This document shows positions 43,923 to 45,525 of a stretch of DNA of 45,525 nt, one piece after another. Below the pieces are notes generated by a model. That model saw only the letters and a program-made list of their open reading frames with translations. It was not told the origin of the DNA and did no database searches. A program made the position numbers and the translations under genes. The DNA is from a virus: IMG/VR virus record IMGVR_UViG_3300024222_000002; one strand, given 5' to 3'. Position 1 is the stretch's first letter; each line of letters opens with the position of its first letter.

Positions 43923-44004
43923 AGTAGAGCATAAACAGAAAATCGTGTCAACCCTAAAATAGTTGAAAATAGTTCTTGACACGATTCTGAGAATATGCGA
44001 CACT
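43923..44004. promoter_or_regulatory. Divergent promoter/operator region with an 11-bp perfect inverted repeat
   Basis: aatcgtgtcaa (43941..43951) and ttgacacgatt (43976..43986). Each arm carries an outward-facing TTGACA. 17-nt spacers lead to TCTACT (- strand, 43928..43923) and GACACT (+ strand, 43999..44004). aaaatagtt occurs twice at 43956..43964 and 43966..43974. Confidence 0.55.
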
Positions 44005-44023
44005 TTGGACATTGGAGGACGTG

Positions 44024-44266
44024 ATGACAAAGCAAATAGTACCAGCCAAGGCCGTCAACGAGATTCCAAAGTTCCAATTTGCAGTGCTGAGCGTTCGCAA
44101 GGGCCAAGAGACGGCAGACCTAGAAAGCTCCTTTGAGAATCAGGAACAGGCAGAAGGCATGTTCAATCGCCAATACAGCAAGTGGGGTATGCCAGATACA
44201 AACTTCTATCTAGTTGATTGGACGTTTCAGAACGTTCTCAAGTCTCATGAAGTTTGGGCCAAGTAA
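44024..44266 (+). CDS. Hypothetical protein (80 aa), first gene of the rightward unit
   Basis: GGAGG 44014..44018 lies 5 nt before ATG 44024. Confidence 0.6.
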   Translation: MTKQIVPAKAVNEIPKFQFAVLSVRKGQETADLESSFENQEQAEGMFNRQYSKWGMPDTNFYLVDWTFQNVLKSHEVWAK

Positions 44267-44563
44267 ATGAATGATTTTAACGAGGTTACGCGTAGATTCA
44301 CCTGCCGCGAGTGCGGCAGGAATCACGCGACCTCAGACCACGCTACGATAGCCAAGTATTATCCTGAGTCGGCTACACGCGCGAAGGAAGATTGGGCCGC
44401 GATTTACCATTACGAAGTGGCGCAAGCGAAAGACGAACTCACGAAACTGGCACATAGCATCGTCTATTCGTTTGCCACTAAGCAGCATGGCGACCTTCAC
44501 GAAAACGAAAACTTCGTAAAGGCTGTGCGGCATGTAAAGGCTTTGTTGGGCAGTAGCAGCTAG
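44267..44563 (+). CDS. Hypothetical protein (98 aa)
   Basis: ATG directly follows the upstream TAA. Contains 'CRECG'. Confidence 0.6.
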   Translation: MNDFNEVTRRFTCRECGRNHATSDHATIAKYYPESATRAKEDWAAIYHYEVAQAKDELTKLAHSIVYSFATKQHGDLHENENFVKAVRHVKALLGSSS

Positions 44564-44590
44564 TCAGGGCCAGCAGACGAGGAGAGGAAA

Positions 44591-44773
44591 ATGGAAAACG
44601 ACAAGAATCTGATTAAGTATTTGCGGGATGCCGAATACGCTTTGCGGTTTGCTGATTTGTATGCCAAGAAATTCGATCTGCGCACTGACGCATACATCCG
44701 CCTTTGCGAAGCGCGTGACGCGGTGGACAGCCTTTTGAAGCATATGGGAGAAGTTCCAAAGGCAGCTGCGTAG
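44591..44773 (+). CDS. Hypothetical helical protein (60 aa)
   Basis: GAGGAGAGG RBS upstream. Confidence 0.55.
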   Translation: MENDKNLIKYLRDAEYALRFADLYAKKFDLRTDAYIRLCEARDAVDSLLKHMGEVPKAAA

Positions 44774-44803
44774 GCCCCAGCAGAAGGGGTACGGAGAGAG
44801 AAA

Positions 44804-44974
44804 ATGACCGCAAAAGCTCAAGTAGACAAACTGCTAGATGAAGCCGCTTTGCTGCTATATGGCCAGCCCTACGATAAACTTAGCCTGCTGGCGCAAGACC
44901 AGTGTATCGCAGAAGCCGTGTGTAAGTTCGACCCGAAACTCGTGGATGCTGCAGAGATGGAGGAACGCTCATGA
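44804..44974 (+). CDS. Hypothetical protein (56 aa; below the ORF-track cutoff)
   Basis: GGAGAGAG RBS. ATGA overlap with the next gene. Confidence 0.5.
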   Translation: MTAKAQVDKLLDEAALLLYGQPYDKLSLLAQDQCIAEAVCKFDPKLVDAAEMEERS

Positions 44975-45165
44975 ATCTCGAAAAACTTGCTATTGCCGAG
45001 CAGAACGCTTGGCTCCGCTATCAGGAAGCGCAGGCCATGGCTGACAGGCTCAATGCCGAGTGGAGCATTGCTTTCAGCGCATACAGAGAAGAGTTTAACG
45101 CTACGCCGATCTCGGCTTGTGAGTGGCTGAGGCGTGAAGGCGTGGACATGTGGAGGCCGGTATGA
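44971..45165 (+). CDS. Hypothetical protein (64 aa)
   Basis: ATGA overlaps at both ends. Confidence 0.55.
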   Translation: MNLEKLAIAEQNAWLRYQEAQAMADRLNAEWSIAFSAYREEFNATPISACEWLRREGVDMWRPV

Positions 45166-45311
45166 GACGCGAATCGGATGATGGATATGTCTGTGCTGCT
45201 TGCGGCGAGACGGTTTATAACGATTCTTGCGCCTGCGAAGATGGGCCGTACACGGAAGACGAATGGGATGAAGCAGAAGATATAGCTGAGCGCTTGGAGG
45301 GAAAAGAGTGA
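45162..45311 (+). CDS. Acidic Cys-containing mini-protein (49 aa; below the ORF-track cutoff)
   Basis: 'YVCAACGETVYNDSCACEDG'. ATGA upstream. Its TGA overlaps the GTG of the pentapeptide gene. Confidence 0.5.
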   Translation: MRRESDDGYVCAACGETVYNDSCACEDGPYTEDEWDEAEDIAERLEGKE

Positions 45312-45525
45312 AACGCCAAATCAAGAATCTTACCCAGTTAGTGCTGTTTGAAGCGGAAGCTGAATCTGACAAGCAATTACTAGAGAAGGCAGTAAGCGAA
45401 GGCGCGAACCTCGGAGGCGCGAACCTCGGAGGCGCGTACCTCAGAGGCGCGTACCTCGAAGGCGCGTACCTCGAAGGCGCGAACCTCAGAGGCGCGAACC
45501 TCGAAGGCGCGAACCTCAGAGGCGC
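45308..45525 (+). CDS. Pentapeptide-repeat protein, N-terminal part (continues at 1..435)
   Basis: GTG 45308 overlaps the upstream TGA. 32-aa leader '(M)KRQIKNLTQLVLFEAEAESDKQLLEKAVSEG' followed by the repeat array. Reconstructed protein is about 176 aa. Confidence 0.8.
   Translation, partial: MKRQIKNLTQLVLFEAEAESDKQLLEKAVSEGANLGGANLGGAYLRGAYLEGAYLEGANLRGANLEGANLRG
45404..45525 (+). repeat. Exact 122-bp duplicate of bases 1..122 (circular-assembly overlap or terminal redundancy)
   Basis: Compared base by base. Identical. Confidence 0.95.

Noticed and set aside
44838-45044. 68-aa ORF from the track
   Set aside because: It is out of frame with, and overlapped by, the RBS-preceded, ATGA-coupled pair 44804..44974 and 44971..45165. 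Its Cys/Trp/Arg-rich composition also argues against it.

Overview
This window looks like one complete tailed dsDNA phage genome. Bases 1..122 are identical to 45404..45525, so the unit is 45,403 bp and is either circular or terminally redundant. The junction falls inside a pentapeptide-repeat gene. Two divergent transcription units leave a palindromic control region at about 43.92-44.00 kb. The rightward (+) unit runs 44024 -> junction -> 10004 and holds about 40 mostly small early genes. Many are coupled by 4-nt ATGA/GTGA start-stop overlaps. They include the pentapeptide-repeat protein, a Gp157-like + RecT/Bet recombination pair, an HNH nuclease, a beta-class DNA methyltransferase, a mini Dam-like methyltransferase, many Cys-rich/zinc-ribbon proteins, a (Gly-Ser/Gly-Tyr)31 repeat protein, a run of tiny membrane proteins and a lipoprotein. 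The leftward (-) unit runs 43916 -> 10093. In order it encodes a small Zn-ribbon protein, a PD-(D/E)XK-like nuclease, a methyltransferase remnant, terS, terL, an HNH, portal, scaffold and major capsid. Then come an antisense low-GC HNH insertion, virion/internal proteins, and three giant fibre/depolymerase-like proteins (1787, 984 and 763 aa) that each start with a textbook Sec signal peptide. It ends with a membrane-protein-rich lysis-type cassette whose only enzyme-like ORF is DUF5675-like. I saw no tape-measure, sheath or tube gene, so the layout is podovirus-like. I recognised no tRNA, rRNA, CRISPR array, integrase, repressor or replicative polymerase/helicase/primase. All functional calls come from motif recognition by eye on the supplied translations. 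No database search or structure prediction was run, and several start codons are inferred from overlap or RBS context.
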